Shown: in pieces, positions 45,201 through 57,448 of the stretch
Layout: every line of letters begins with the position of its first letter
Numbering within the stretch: position 1 is the stretch's first letter
DNA from: Amphiscolops sp. MND2022
Taxonomy: Eukaryota
DNA: 64,000 nt
Direction: 5' to 3'
Assembly (NCBI GenBank): GCA_964187785.1
Contig: OZ076409.1
Location: 36,210,001 to 36,274,000 of the forward strand
Made by a program: the position numbers and the translations under genes
Notes under the pieces: model-generated
Seen by the model: only the letters and a program-made list of their open reading frames with translations
What the model was told of the DNA's origin: nothing
The model's database searches: none

Positions 45201-46286
45201 TTCGGTACTGTGGAGTGTGCCCCAAACTAATAGCAGCACGGAAGAGGCAATTACATCACAATCCAGCACTCTCCCAGTGGCATTTCATAGTGGTTTTTTG
45301 CCAATTTCGCCAAAAACCGGGTTTTTTCATGCAAAATGTGTTTCAAAAAGGACTCCAACGGCCTTTCTGGTTGTCGTTACATTATGTAGAATAACCCTCA
45401 AGGTTTTGGGCTGCTTTCTATTCATTTTTGCAACTGCTGTGGCTAATACTTCGAGCGCTCGCGCTCGTACCAAGAAAAGTACTCAAAAATGCCAAAAATC
45501 ACGTTTTTGCGACCTTGCACTAAAAATCGCACTTTTTTCACTGAAAACAGGTGCAAAAGCACAGACTCAGTTGCAACAGGGTAAAACTAGCATGCACAAA
45601 TGATTCCCCGTCAAAAAATACACAATCTAAAAATTTTTTCATACCATACTCCAAAAAACCGATTCTTGCGGAATGAGGGGTGGTACCTTCGCCGTCCTTT
45701 TTCTCAACAACCAGACCAGCCAGAGAGAAACGGTTTGAACCGTCGGCAACGTCAGTGTTTGTTCTAGCTTTCCACTAAAAACCGTGCTTCTAGCACGTCT
45801 CCACAGGAAATGGGAAAGGTGAGTCGGGAACACTCGTTTCAGCTCATCTATCGGTCAGATGGAACATGGCGCATCCATCAACTGAATACCTCGTACATAG
45901 CCAAAAACGCTGAAATGAGCTGTAAAACATCTGTTACCACATGCGTAACGGCTTTCTATCGGTTCGCTAAGCCATTACAAAGGTACCCGCTGATGGGAAC
46001 GTGCAATTTTAGAGGATACCTGTCAACAAATACCTGTTATCAAAACATACCAAAGGTACTCGGAAAAATCCCCCGAAATACAGGAAAAATACCAAAATAT
46101 AACGTCATATCATCTAAAAAATTTGGAAAAACTCTGGGTAAACGTCTCCTTCCAGAGTCCAATCGTTCTTGGCGTCCAATACCAGGGGGTCGGAAATTTC
46201 AAAACCATATAATAGGGCAGTAATCGGAAGCGATCCCTCTGTGGAAAATGACGCCAAAAAATCCCTCGCCAAAAAATGAGGTCTCA

Positions 46287-47058
46287 TGTAACGGCAAGCA
46301 GTTATCGGTCGCTTAACGCGTTAACAGAGGTGGAGGAACCTGCAGGAATGGGTGAATCGCTCGGGACAGGCGCCCATCGCCACAGATCCATTTTGCCTCC
46401 AGGGGTGAAATACGTCCCGGGGCCGCGGGTGCTTCGACGAATACTGTCCAACCGGTCCTAGTCTTTGATTGCTAATAGTAACGGGCATCTTTCTGGCTCT
46501 CTAAAGACCACCGCTTAACTAGCATATAAAAACAATGCCAAGAATAAGGTAAATTTCCAGTTCCAGGGTGACATGTGAATAAGATCTAAAATTGGGGAAT
46601 AAGATCTAAACTAGCGCTAGCGCTACTGAATACAGCCAAAATCACTGAAAATACATGAAAACAGGCACGAATATGGCAAACCACACAGCTACAAGCTGGG
46701 GCGCAGGGACTCCAAGCACCAAACAAGGATCTTTAGGCGAAAAGACTCATTTTTACGGTTTCCGCTACATAGGGTAGCATAATGCTGAAAATCAATAAAA
46801 CCGGTGTTAGCACCTCAAAAAGAGTCTATTTTCGGATGTTCTTGCCGTCTCTGGCTTCTGTCATGGCGGCGCGCCCGTGTTTTTGCTCGTTCTTGCTCTT
46901 TGTTGTCGAAGTACCTGCCAATTTCGTGGAAACAGCGAAAAGAGCAATCACATGCTCAGTGCCACGTCACACATCGGATTAGAATTTTTGACAAAATTTC
47001 TGAACATGTCAAAGTTGCAAAATCGGTTGATATTGCTGTACCAGAGCTTGCCGTTACA
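46287..47058 (-). repeat. 5' LTR of element A
   Basis: Direct repeat of 32044-32815. One substitution is visible by eye (ggcacAaata vs ggcacGaata). Confidence 0.95.
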
Positions 47059-47200
47059 CAAGTTAGTAACTTACAACTATTAGAAGGGCTTATAAAGTCT
47101 GCCAGTTCGAAGGTTTGAAAAAGCCATCTTCTTTTGACGGTTTTTTCTTCTCCGAAAACCGCTGACTAAAAATGAACGCTATGTAATAGAAGGATGTAGG

Positions 47201-47804
47201 TCTTGCCGTTATTTCTGCTTCCACTTTTTCTGGTGTGATGAAGCTAGATACAGTTTTGTGCGAAAAAACGATGGTAATCTTGTCGTTATTTCGGCTTCCA
47301 CTTTTTCCATTGTGATGAAGTTAAATACAGTTTTGTGCGAAAAAAAGGATCGTAATCTTGTCGTTATTTCTGCTTCCACTTTTTCCATTGTGATGAAGCT
47401 AGATACAGTTTTTTGCGAAGAAAAGGATGGTAATCTTGTCGTTATTTTGGTTTCCATTTTTTCCATTGTGATGAAGCTAGATACAGTTAGTGCGAAAAAA
47501 GGATGGTAATATTGTCGTTATATCTGCTTCCACTTTTTCCATTGTGATGAAGCTAAGTACAGTTTTGTGCGAAAAAAAGGATGGTAATCCTGTCGTTATT
47601 TCTGCTTCCACTTTTTCCATTGTGATGAAGCTAGATACAGTCTTGTGCGAAAAAAGGATGGTAATCTTGTCGTTATTTCTGCTTCCACTTTTTCCACTGT
47701 GATGAAGCTAAATACAGTTTTGTGCGACAAAAAGGATGGTAATCTTGTCCTTATTTCTTCCACTTTTTCCATTGTGATGAAGCCAGATACAGGTTTTTGC
47801 GAAA
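47201..47804. repeat. Minisatellite, ~78-bp unit, ~7.5 copies
   Basis: Unit gttatttctgcttccactttttccattgtgatgaagctagatacagttttgtgcgaaaaaaaggatggtaatcttgtc repeated in tandem with no unique spacers. Confidence 0.95.
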
Positions 47805-50345
47805 GGAAAGTCGCAAAGTTAATGTTTCACGTCAGTGTCTTGAGCACAAAGCACTGGTCACAAGGGTGTAAAAGATTTTATTGGAATATTATTTTTACCT
47901 AAAAACTAATTATTTTATTTTTATGGTGGAAAAAATAAATTATTTTCTTATATTTCTTGCTGAAATATTCATTTTTATTCTCAGCGAAAAACGGACATCA
48001 ACAAAAAAATTAACATTCAAAGTCTAGATTTGAAGTAAGATTGCAACGCAAGAATATAATGATTAAGTGAACAATTTATAGACTCAAACTTTTAAAGCTA
48101 AATGTCTGCATGAAAGAAGTCGTCAGTCCCAGTTTTTGATGTATCAGTTCAGAGCATCGGATTGGTTTCATTGCCTTGATTTTATCAATATCCAGAAATT
48201 GGGAGTCTAAAGCTTATTTTTTAAAATGAGTTTGATTTTCATTGCATATAGTGTCTGATGAATGATGAAATGTGACTTGTAGTTATTACGATCTTGTGAA
48301 AATTCGATACCAAAATTCAAATATTCTATGCCACCGTTACAGTGAATAAGCAACCAGCAAAAGCTTCAACGAACAGTGCTATACAATATAACGAAACTCC
48401 ATTGCTGCAAAATCAGAATTTAAATCCTATTAAATCGGAGAATCTGAAATATAGTTTCATCATTTGAAGTTGAGGAAAAACTAAAGACAAAATTGTTTTC
48501 CAAAATCAAGGAGTTGATGTGCGGTGGCATTAAACAAGTCAAAATCTGAACGGCCAAAAACTTTTTCCGTTTATACCACTTGTGTTTAGCATGCCAGCCT
48601 TTCACACAACCATAAAAAACTCAAAGTTCCGTAACCTCTAGACTAGTTCAAAGTCGGCTTCTAATGCTGAGTGTCTGAAAGGAAGTTCGGAACCACGCTT
48701 GAATGATGTTGGAGAATGTTGTGAATGATATTCAGAAGCAGATCATTCATTGCATGAATTGATGCGACAGAATTGAAAAGAATATTAAACAAAGTGAGAA
48801 GACGCGATTTTAAGCTATTTATCAAACTGACAATGGCCTGAGAGGCACCGCCCGCAAATTTGTTATCAATCCTTGAGAAGAGCACCATACGCTGCTATTC
48901 TATACTGTAGATACAACTATGGTCACATCAGAATCTATATCTGAGGAACGCGGAAATATCGATTTTTGGAGCTTGAAAAGACCTTTCCTGGAAAGTTTTT
49001 GTTTCTCCAGAAACTTGCATTCGCTTTTGCCGACGCGTTCATCTTTGTTTCGACAAAAGACTGAAAATTTTTCTGAAGCTATTCCGGTAATTTGCAACAT
49101 ATAATTTTCATCCTTCAATTTAAAAAACGTCATGAATGAGATTAATGATGAAGTCTTTGAACTAAATTCATGAAATTCACGAATAACCTCTCGGGAATAT
49201 CGTCTGAAGAGATAATTTTCAAAATTCAATGTCTCAAGATAGGGAATGAGCATGACTTGTCTTTGGACATGAACTCTGTAACAAAGAATGGTAAGTTTCG
49301 GGAAGTGGTTCATCAAATTAGTGCGAATTAAACATGAAGGAATGAATATTTTGGTTTTGCGTGTGACTTGTCGCCTCTGCAGTCGCCGTGCTGATGACGT
49401 TTCAACTTTTGGGTTATATTTTTCTTGAAGTTGTTTCGTTTGGTGAGAATTATTTTGCTGAGATATGTTCTTTCATTTTCCCGAAAAAAAAAAGAAAGAA
49501 GTATTTAAAAAGCTGTTGATCACTGAACGTTATGGTTGGTCGGTCAAAAATTCGCTCATGCCATTTCCTTAATGCATCGCTGCAGACCCGGTTGAGTGTA
49601 AAGGAAATTGAACTTTAAGGTTGTATTAAACATGGTTTTAACGATTTAAAACAAACAATCATGAACTGAAAATCTGAAGTTAGCTGCTAATTTAGTGTTC
49701 GCAAAAATGCACGGGCGTTTGCAGTATGGACTTTTTAGAGACTAGCAAGATGGTAGACTTTAACGAATTTCTATAGCACGTATCACTTGGCCTTTTTTGA
49801 ATCCAGGGGTACTCGTTTAATTTGTTTGATGTTTTAGGAAAGACAAACAGAGTTTTGCGAACCTTAAAGTGTTTTGACACTGTACGAGTTCTTCCAAATA
49901 ATTTTTGGGGGCAAATTCCAAGAATTTAGTTTCCGATATTTTTTAGTTAAGTTGAAGCAATTTTCGAGCCTGAAAGGTCTTTTTAAAAAAATATGAAACT
50001 GTGAGAACGATGAGAACTTTCTCAGCAGTTGTTCTTGAACATGCTTGGGAAACGTTGCTCTATTTGCACCCTTAGCAGTGCACCATTTTGGATTGTCCAT
50101 GGCTTGTTTATAGTTTAATGGATGTGACTACTAAATTATCTTCCAAGCTCAAAGGAATCCTAGTGACACAAGCGGCCGCTTGCGATGGTAATTCTTAGTT
50201 TATACCAGCCGAGGGAGACACGTATATACCGCATCCTGGAACCCTACAATTATAGTAGACCTTATGACCACCGAGGCTACGTCCAGTTCTTCGAAGTTTT
50301 CATTAAAATTTAACTCTGTTTTGCACTTTTTGTAAATTATAGTAC

Positions 50346-50743
50346 GGGGAATTCCCAAACAGCCGAAATCCCAAACAGCCGAAAATGAAAAATTGGTCTC
50401 AAACAGCAGAATATTTCTCTATGCTGCTATCTGATTGACAGTAATTCGAAATCGAATTAAACTCACTAAGCCTCAGATTTTGTCGGAAATATTACTATAA
50501 CGTAGTCAGCTATGTTCACATACCCCTAGTGCTCTAAATGCAGGAGCGAATATGCCATATGGCGATGCCTCAATGTTGCTACTTGGCGAAGGGGGCGAAG
50601 GCAGCGAAGCGACCGAGCCATACAACAAACTTTTTCGAATAAATCAAGCTCCAACATTATGACTGCAACAGCACTAAAAGCTAGTAATTTTAATTCTGCT
50701 GTATGGGACCAAATTTTCAATTTCTGCTGTATGAAAAGGCACC
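50346..50743. mobile_element. MITE with 8-bp TSD
   Basis: TSD tatagtac at 50338-50345 and 50744-50751. The arms carry inverted cccaaacagc(c/a)gaa and ttctgctgtatg motifs. Confidence 0.65.
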
Positions 50744-51074
50744 TATAGTACATTTCATCTTTATAAAAACTAATACAGCGTTGTACTGCGGTCGTTAATG
50801 TGAATAAGTAATAGTCAACAAGTTAACTCTCAGGTAACTCTCTCTTCTGATTGGCACTTCAGCTACCTTCCCAGATCACCCGTTTCAATGGAATTGGCTG
50901 CAACTTATAAAAATGAACTTTCCGCACTTCAGCATAAAGCAACAACATAGCAAAAATGTAGAGATGAAGAAATAGTTTTTTAATTTCTTGAAGTATTCAC
51001 GGGATTCAGTTTCATCGCCGTTTGACACTTTCGTAACATCGATCACATATCGTTTTACAGCGACTCTTTTTCGA

Positions 51075-51396
51075 CACCTCCATTTTAGATCTTATTCACT
51101 CAATAAAATTTACTTTAGCTAAACACCTGTTTTGGACCTCCTGAGTATGTAAGAAGTCGCAGGAACCTTAGGATACGTTTTGCAGGCTTGTGGAGCGTGT
51201 CCGGACTTTGAGAGTGCCGGCACGTCGCCTCAGAGCTCTAACTGAGGAACCTCCTTTGACGTATGAAAAGTCCCCTTAGGAGACCATTTTGGGAGAAAAA
51301 CTAATGTCTGGGGCTGTAGTATGACAACGGTCTCCTGTTTAAGCACCCTAGGCATTGTCCCACTTCTAGGATGTACGCTACTAGCTGGACATTACA
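51075..51396. repeat. Partial solo LTR related to 18554-18960, inverted
   Basis: Shared segments ccggactttgagagtgccgg and acaacggtctcctgtttaagca. It ends ggacattaca. The left boundary is uncertain. Confidence 0.75.
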
Positions 51397-51765
51397 CTAG
51401 GTTATACTAAAATATCGTCTAAACATACAAATTTCTAAGCTTTTATAAACCTCAGGTACATCAAATATTCGGATTTCGTTAGGTATTACCGCAGGTGCAT
51501 CAAAACTTGGGAGTCGCTAAAACTTGTGATATTTTTACCGACTGTTTAAAAACTACAGTGTCATTCCGTTATTCCATTTATTAGAATATGTCCATTTGCA
51601 ACGTCTATCAACAAACAGCAGGCATTAACCATACTTTGGGAAACCATTTCAGCCACAATATCTATGAGTTTAACCAGTTTTAGTATTTTGCATTTTCTCT
51701 AGTGACTTTTTTGCACTTACATCCAGAGGAGTTTCGAAAATTCGATTTTCTGCCCAGTTATTACT

Positions 51766-52340
51766 ATAACGGCAGGCAGTGATAGGTCGCTTAACACAAT
51801 ATAGAGGTTTGAAAAATAGGCACAGAAATGTACGATTTCCGGGACTGACCGCTTCGACGTACATACTTTATCTATTTTAACTCCTAAGGATACCGGGGTC
51901 CCGAGAAGGGGTAATCGTCTTCTTGGAAGCTCTCCAACCTTAGTCCGGTCTTTTACTGCTATTGAATACGGGCATTTGCACTGCCGTAAGAATAGCTTTC
52001 AAAAACGTTCCAATAGCAAACAGTCGAAATTTCCATTTCCAAGGTGACCTCGGAATAAAATTGCGTCTAAAATTGCGTCTAAACGTCTAAAATTGCAAAA
52101 ACTAGTTCTCGGGCTAGTAAATACAGCTAAAAACAAAAAAAAATTACATCAAAGCACACATAGATATGTCATACCATACATCTAAACGCTGGGGCGCAGG
52201 GGCTCCAAGTAACAAACAAGGATATGATCTTTACTAAAAAAACTCATTTCTCCTAATCTCGCTACATAGGGTAGCATAATGCTGAAAATCGATGAAACGG
52301 GTGTTAGCCCTAAAAAAGTGTGTTTCGCGAGGTTTTCACA
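51766..52340 (-). repeat. Old truncated LTR of the element A family
   Basis: Starts ataacggcaggcag and shares gctggggcgcaggg and gctacatagggtagcataatgctgaaaatc with the A LTR. Confidence 0.7.
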
Positions 52341-52799
52341 GTGATTGATTGTCAGTTCATGATTTTCAGTTCATGATTGTTTAATACAACCTTTCGAATA
52401 ATGTTGCAGCTTCCCTATTCAATTGCTCTAGCAGAATTAAAGGATTTTAATGATCTTTCTATGATGTTTTAGCATTTTCTTTCATTTCAGTTTCTATGTT
52501 GGAACTGGCTCCATTTCTTAGAAAATAGCCAAATACGGTTGGCTCTGATTATCTCCAGTCCGGTGCTACTGACACAGTTGCTTTTGATGTCGTCACGTCT
52601 ACTACTTATGCGTACGCATTGTATGAGAGAAACTCATGAGATGCTTATTGTAATCTATTTGTTCGAGATAGTGGATGAAAGATTGCTCTTTGAAAGACAA
52701 TTTCTGGATGTCCAGTGTCGATAATTGCTTTGAGATATTAGCTCGAGGTCGAGAGCAGACCGAGCGAGAACACCCTAGAACGAAATAGCCTAAGTGCCC

Positions 52800-53348
52800 A
52801 TAGAGACTGTGAAAACCTCGCTAAAACTCTTTTTTAGTGCTAACACCTGGTTTCATTGGTTTTCAGCATTATACTACCCTAAGTAGCGAAAACCAGAAAA
52901 ATGATTCTTTTTTTGACTAAAGATCCTTCTTTGGTACTTGGAGCCCCTGTGCCCTAGCTTTTAGCTTTGTGGTCTGCCATGTTTATGCTGGATTTGATGT
53001 ATTTGCACTGTTATTTGCTGTATTCAGTAGCTAGTTTTTGCAACTTTAGACGTTATTCCCATGTCACACTGAAATTGGAAAATTACTGTACTCTTGGCAT
53101 TGTTTTTATGTGCTAGTTATGCGGTGGTCTTTAGAGAGTCAAGAAGATGCTCGTTACTATTTGCAATCAAAGACTAGGACCGGTTGGACGGTATTTGTCG
53201 AAGCACCCACGTCCACGGGACGTATTTCACACCTGGAGGCAAAGCGGATCTGTGGCGATGGGCGCCTGTCCCGAGCGATACACCAATTTCTACTGGTTTG
53301 TCCACGTCGGTCAACGCGTTAAGCGACCTGTCGCTGCTTGCCGCTACA
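52800..53348 (+). repeat. Diverged partial LTR of the element A family, opposite orientation
   Basis: Colinear with 57620-58161 and ends gcttgccgctaca. Confidence 0.75.
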
Positions 53349-55620
53349 AGTTTTAACAGGCACATTCTTTGCGATTATTTTTGATTATTCTTTGTGGCAT
53401 TTTTTCAAAGCGGTGGGGAAACTTTTTGTTACTGCAGTTTTCTAGACATCCAGCAATATTTTGTGACAAACGGAATTTTTTATATTTGAAGCCTTATGGC
53501 TTATGATATTACGCTTTTGCTAGCGAACCAATAATTGCTCAACTCGGACTCACTCATCAGAAGTAGATGAGAGCTTTCGTAGCCGTGTCCAGAGGTGCCC
53601 CAACGATGAAATCTAAACTCTCTCGGGTTTCAGAAACTGATATTTTGAATTTATTTGACACGGAATTTGGTGCAATTTTGTTGTTTTTTGTGACAATCAA
53701 ATTGTTTTCTCAAAAAAATCCTTCATTTTGCTTCATTTTTAAATGAAAACATCTTTTGTTCCCATTATATTTTCATTGAAAAATGTTCGACCTCGAGATT
53801 TCCTTTGACAATTTTTGTGGAATATTTCAGCCAACTTATCACCCAAGAGTGCTGCTGCTACTACTACAGCAGCTTTAGACCAAATTTTGACGCAATTTCA
53901 TATTTTCATTAGTTTAAAAGAAAAATTAGGGGAAATTGCTGGTGGTCACTTTAGACAGGTACGCACAGGTATGCTTGTTTCGCAAACACATGAATTTTAA
54001 TCATATTCTGTGCTTTTTGTTCCTGTGGGAATTGTTCGCCAGATTTGCGGCAGCTTCCTGAAAGTCTCCTCAGGGTGTTTGTGTGTTGGGTATAGAATGA
54101 CCAGTAAGTATCCGGGACCAAATGACGTTAGCTTGACTCTAGTGCTTAAGATCGTATACTGCTCAAGACTAGACGAAACCATGGTTACTCATCGTTGACG
54201 TTTATTCCCCTTTCACTTGAGCTATTTTCCTTTTCGGCCTTCTGGGAAGAAAATTTTATGGGATAATTACCCTGAATTATTGCAACCTTCCAGCGGTGTG
54301 ACGTTTGTTCTGCGTTTTTTGTCGCATCTTTTGTAAGTTGTGAATCTTATTTTTCCAACTCCTTTGAGTCTAATTTGTTTTAATGGCCTGTGAATGAAAA
54401 CCGGATGAATTGCAGGAGCAGAAATAGAAAAAAGATAAAAAAGATGTTCCTGTCGGCCTTTGAGATAGCAAGCAACTTACTTACTTTCTGTGCTTGGGAG
54501 AAAATTTGGTAAATACTCTTTGCGAGCTTTTCAAATAAAAGGAGGGCTAAAGTTCAAAGATATGTTCAGTGATATGGCGGCCGCGGGCATTTGTATTATG
54601 TGTTTTTGTGGGGAGCTGAAAAGTGCTGAAATGAGGAGATAACCAACTTCAGTTATCGTTACCCAATTCACAGTTCATTGTTTGCGTCACTACTGCTGAA
54701 TCTTTGGGCAAACAACGATGTTCATCGATGCTATTCACATTTGGGTTGCTTCTTCTCATTTTAGTTGCCAAGTTCGATTGAACTTTTTAGAACAGGAAAT
54801 TGAGGAAAGATTCCTTGGAGTTCGGTTATATTGGGAAAATTATTTAATATTTTTCGTTTTTATGGAGAATTTTTCAAAGAAAAACTTCCCAAAATATTCT
54901 ATTTGAAACTATTGGAGCTACTGACAGTCGTCGACAACTACCATTTTTTGAACCTAAAGGGTCCTTCTTTCGTGTGCAACGTTTTTGAAATAAAAAATTT
55001 CACCAAAGAGACTCATCTTTTGAAGTTTGTAGGCACGAGAAAATTTGCTTCAGTTTCAACGGTCCTCCTTTTGAGTTGTTCAGCATTGTACGGTTTTCAA
55101 AAAATGTTTTCCTACTGAAGAAGAATCCTTTAAACACTTGAAGCGAAATGCCCTGACTAAAAATGAGATAATCGAAAGAGTTAAACTATCCAACAGAAAG
55201 TTGCATAGTGTAACAAAACCTTAGGGGGAACCTTCGGTCCCATATGCTTTCGAGAGTACGATTAATATTTTATCTTTGGGCTATCAATAAGAGGGTACGT
55301 AGAACTATTAATACTATTTGGTCTCTTTGGGTACGCCATAGACCTAAGGCGTAGAATCTGCAAAAATTGTCTCTTTTAGGGTGAGCTCTGTGGTCTGGAG
55401 GAATCGATCTTGTCCCCATAATAAATACTCGGGCTTCTTTTCAAATGAAATACGCTGACTAAATATAGGCTTTTTTCAACTAATAAGAATATTACTGAAT
55501 GTGTTAGTTATTGCCAGGGCGAATACAAAGAAAACACTAATTTTTGAATTATTATTTTCCGCACTGATAAATAAATTTGAGTAGAGGGGAAAATGCGCCA
55601 TCTGTATTGCGTTTCTAACA

Positions 55621-57448
55621 AAATTTTGCCAAAAATTCAATTTGCCATACAATCCGTTCAATTTAGTCACGTCTGCAAGTCAGTAGGTAGTGGGTTCGAG
55701 CTCGGGGTGGAGCCTGAAGTTTTTCTACATTCCCAGGCAGTACGTCGCCTTGCTTTTTTGGCTTATTTGAAAAGTGTGGTGGCTTTTGAGTCTCACTTTC
55801 ACCATACGTTTTTTGCAAGACGTGTGTGGCGGAAAATATACCGGTGCTTATCGAGCGTCCTGTTGTGGAACTCTTTGTGCATGTTGTATGAGCGAACTAT
55901 TTCTCAGAATAGTGGAGATATTTTCAGTCTAAATTTTATTCATTGTTTTCTTTGTCAAACAAAAGATGGTAGAAGCTGTTCGATATTTTGAAAGGACTGA
56001 TGTAACGGAAGCCTGTGGTACGACGAGTTTTCAGAAAAAGTCGACCAAAAATTCGTTCAAATCTGACGTGGAAAATTGAGCATGTTTTGGCCAAAGTACC
56101 TGTCAAAAAAGTTGTTCAGCAGACAAAGCAAGCCGCCCGCGGAGACGACCGAACGGGAACACGGAGAGCATAAGCCCGAGCGGTTAGAAAACTCATAAAT
56201 AGACACTTTTTAGGTGCTAACCCCGGTTTTTACCGATTTGCAGGGTTATGCTACCCAATGTAGCAAGAACCGGAAAAATGCGTCTTTTCGCTTAATTATC
56301 CTTGTTTGGTGCTTGGAATCCCTGCGCCCCAGCTTGTAGCTGTGTGGTTGGCCATATTCATACCTGTTTTCCTGAATGTTCACTTGTTTTAGCTAGCTCG
56401 AGCGCTAGTTTTGCAGTTTAGATCTTATTCCCCATTTTAGACCTTTTTCCCATGTCACCCTGGAATTTCACCCTGTGTAACGGCAAGCTCTGGTACAGCA
56501 ATATCAACCGATTTTGGAACTTTGGCATGTTCAGAAATTTTGCCAAAAATTCAATTTGCCATACAATCCGTTCAATTTAGTCACGTCTGCAAGTCAGTAG
56601 GTAGTGGGTTCGAGCTCGGGGTGGAGCCTGAAGTTTTTCTACATTCCCAGGCAGTACGTCGCCTTGCTTTTTTGGCTTATTTGAAAAGTGTGGTGGCTTT
56701 TGAGTCTCACTTTCACCATACGTTTTTTGCAAGACGTGTGTGGCGGAAAATATACCGGTGCTTATCGAGCGTCCTGTTGTGGAACTCTTTGTGCATGTTG
56801 TATGAGCGAACTATTTCTCAGAATAGTGGAGATATTTTCAGTCTAAATTTTATTCATTGTTTTCTTTGTCAAACAAAAGATGGTAGAAGCTGTTCGATAT
56901 TTTGAAAGGACTGATGTAACGGAAGCCTGTGGTACGACGAGTTTTCAGAAAAAGTCGACCAAAAATTCGTTCAAATCTGACGTGGAAAATTGAGCATGTT
57001 TTGGCCAAAGTACCTGTCAAAAAAGTTGTTCAGCAGACAAAGCAAGCCGCCCGCGGAGACGACCGAACGGGAACACGGAGAGCATAAGCCCGAGCGGTTA
57101 GAAAACTCATAAATAGACACTTTTTAGGTGCTAACCCCGGTTTTTACCGATTTGCAGGGTTATGCTACCCAATGTAGCAAGAACCGGAAAAATGCGTCTT
57201 TTCGCTTAATTATCCTTGTTTGGTGCTTGGAATCCCTGCGCCCCAGCTTGTAGCTGTGTGGTTGGCCATATTCATACCTGTTTTCCTGAATGTTCACTTG
57301 TTTTAGCTAGCTCGAGCGCTAGTTTTGCAGTTTAGATCTTATTCCCCATTTTAGACCTTTTTCCCATGTCACCCTGGAATTTCACCCTGTGTAACGGCAA
57401 GCTCTGGTACAGCAATATCAACCGATTTTGGAACTTTGGCATGTTCAG
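55621..57448. repeat. 914-bp tandem duplication
   Basis: 55621-56534 matches 56535-57448. Identical ORFs end at 55991 and 56905. Confidence 0.9.

Larger units (their letters stand above)
32044..47058 (-). mobile_element. Full-length Ty3/Gypsy LTR retrotransposon A (~15 kb)
   Basis: Two 772-bp direct-repeat LTRs flank gag-PR-RT-RH-IN on the minus strand. A PPT-like ggggagtga abuts the 3' LTR. The element is flanked by caa/caa. Confidence 0.97.

Noticed and set aside
47201..47804. CRISPR-like array or repetitive protein gene
   Set aside because: The units are contiguous with no unique spacers and there are no cas genes. The 26-aa repeat ORFs on both strands follow from the 78-bp period and are broken by indels.
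48300..49316. Possible decayed membrane-receptor gene
   Set aside because: Hydrophobic stretches are present, but there are many stops and no diagnostic motif.
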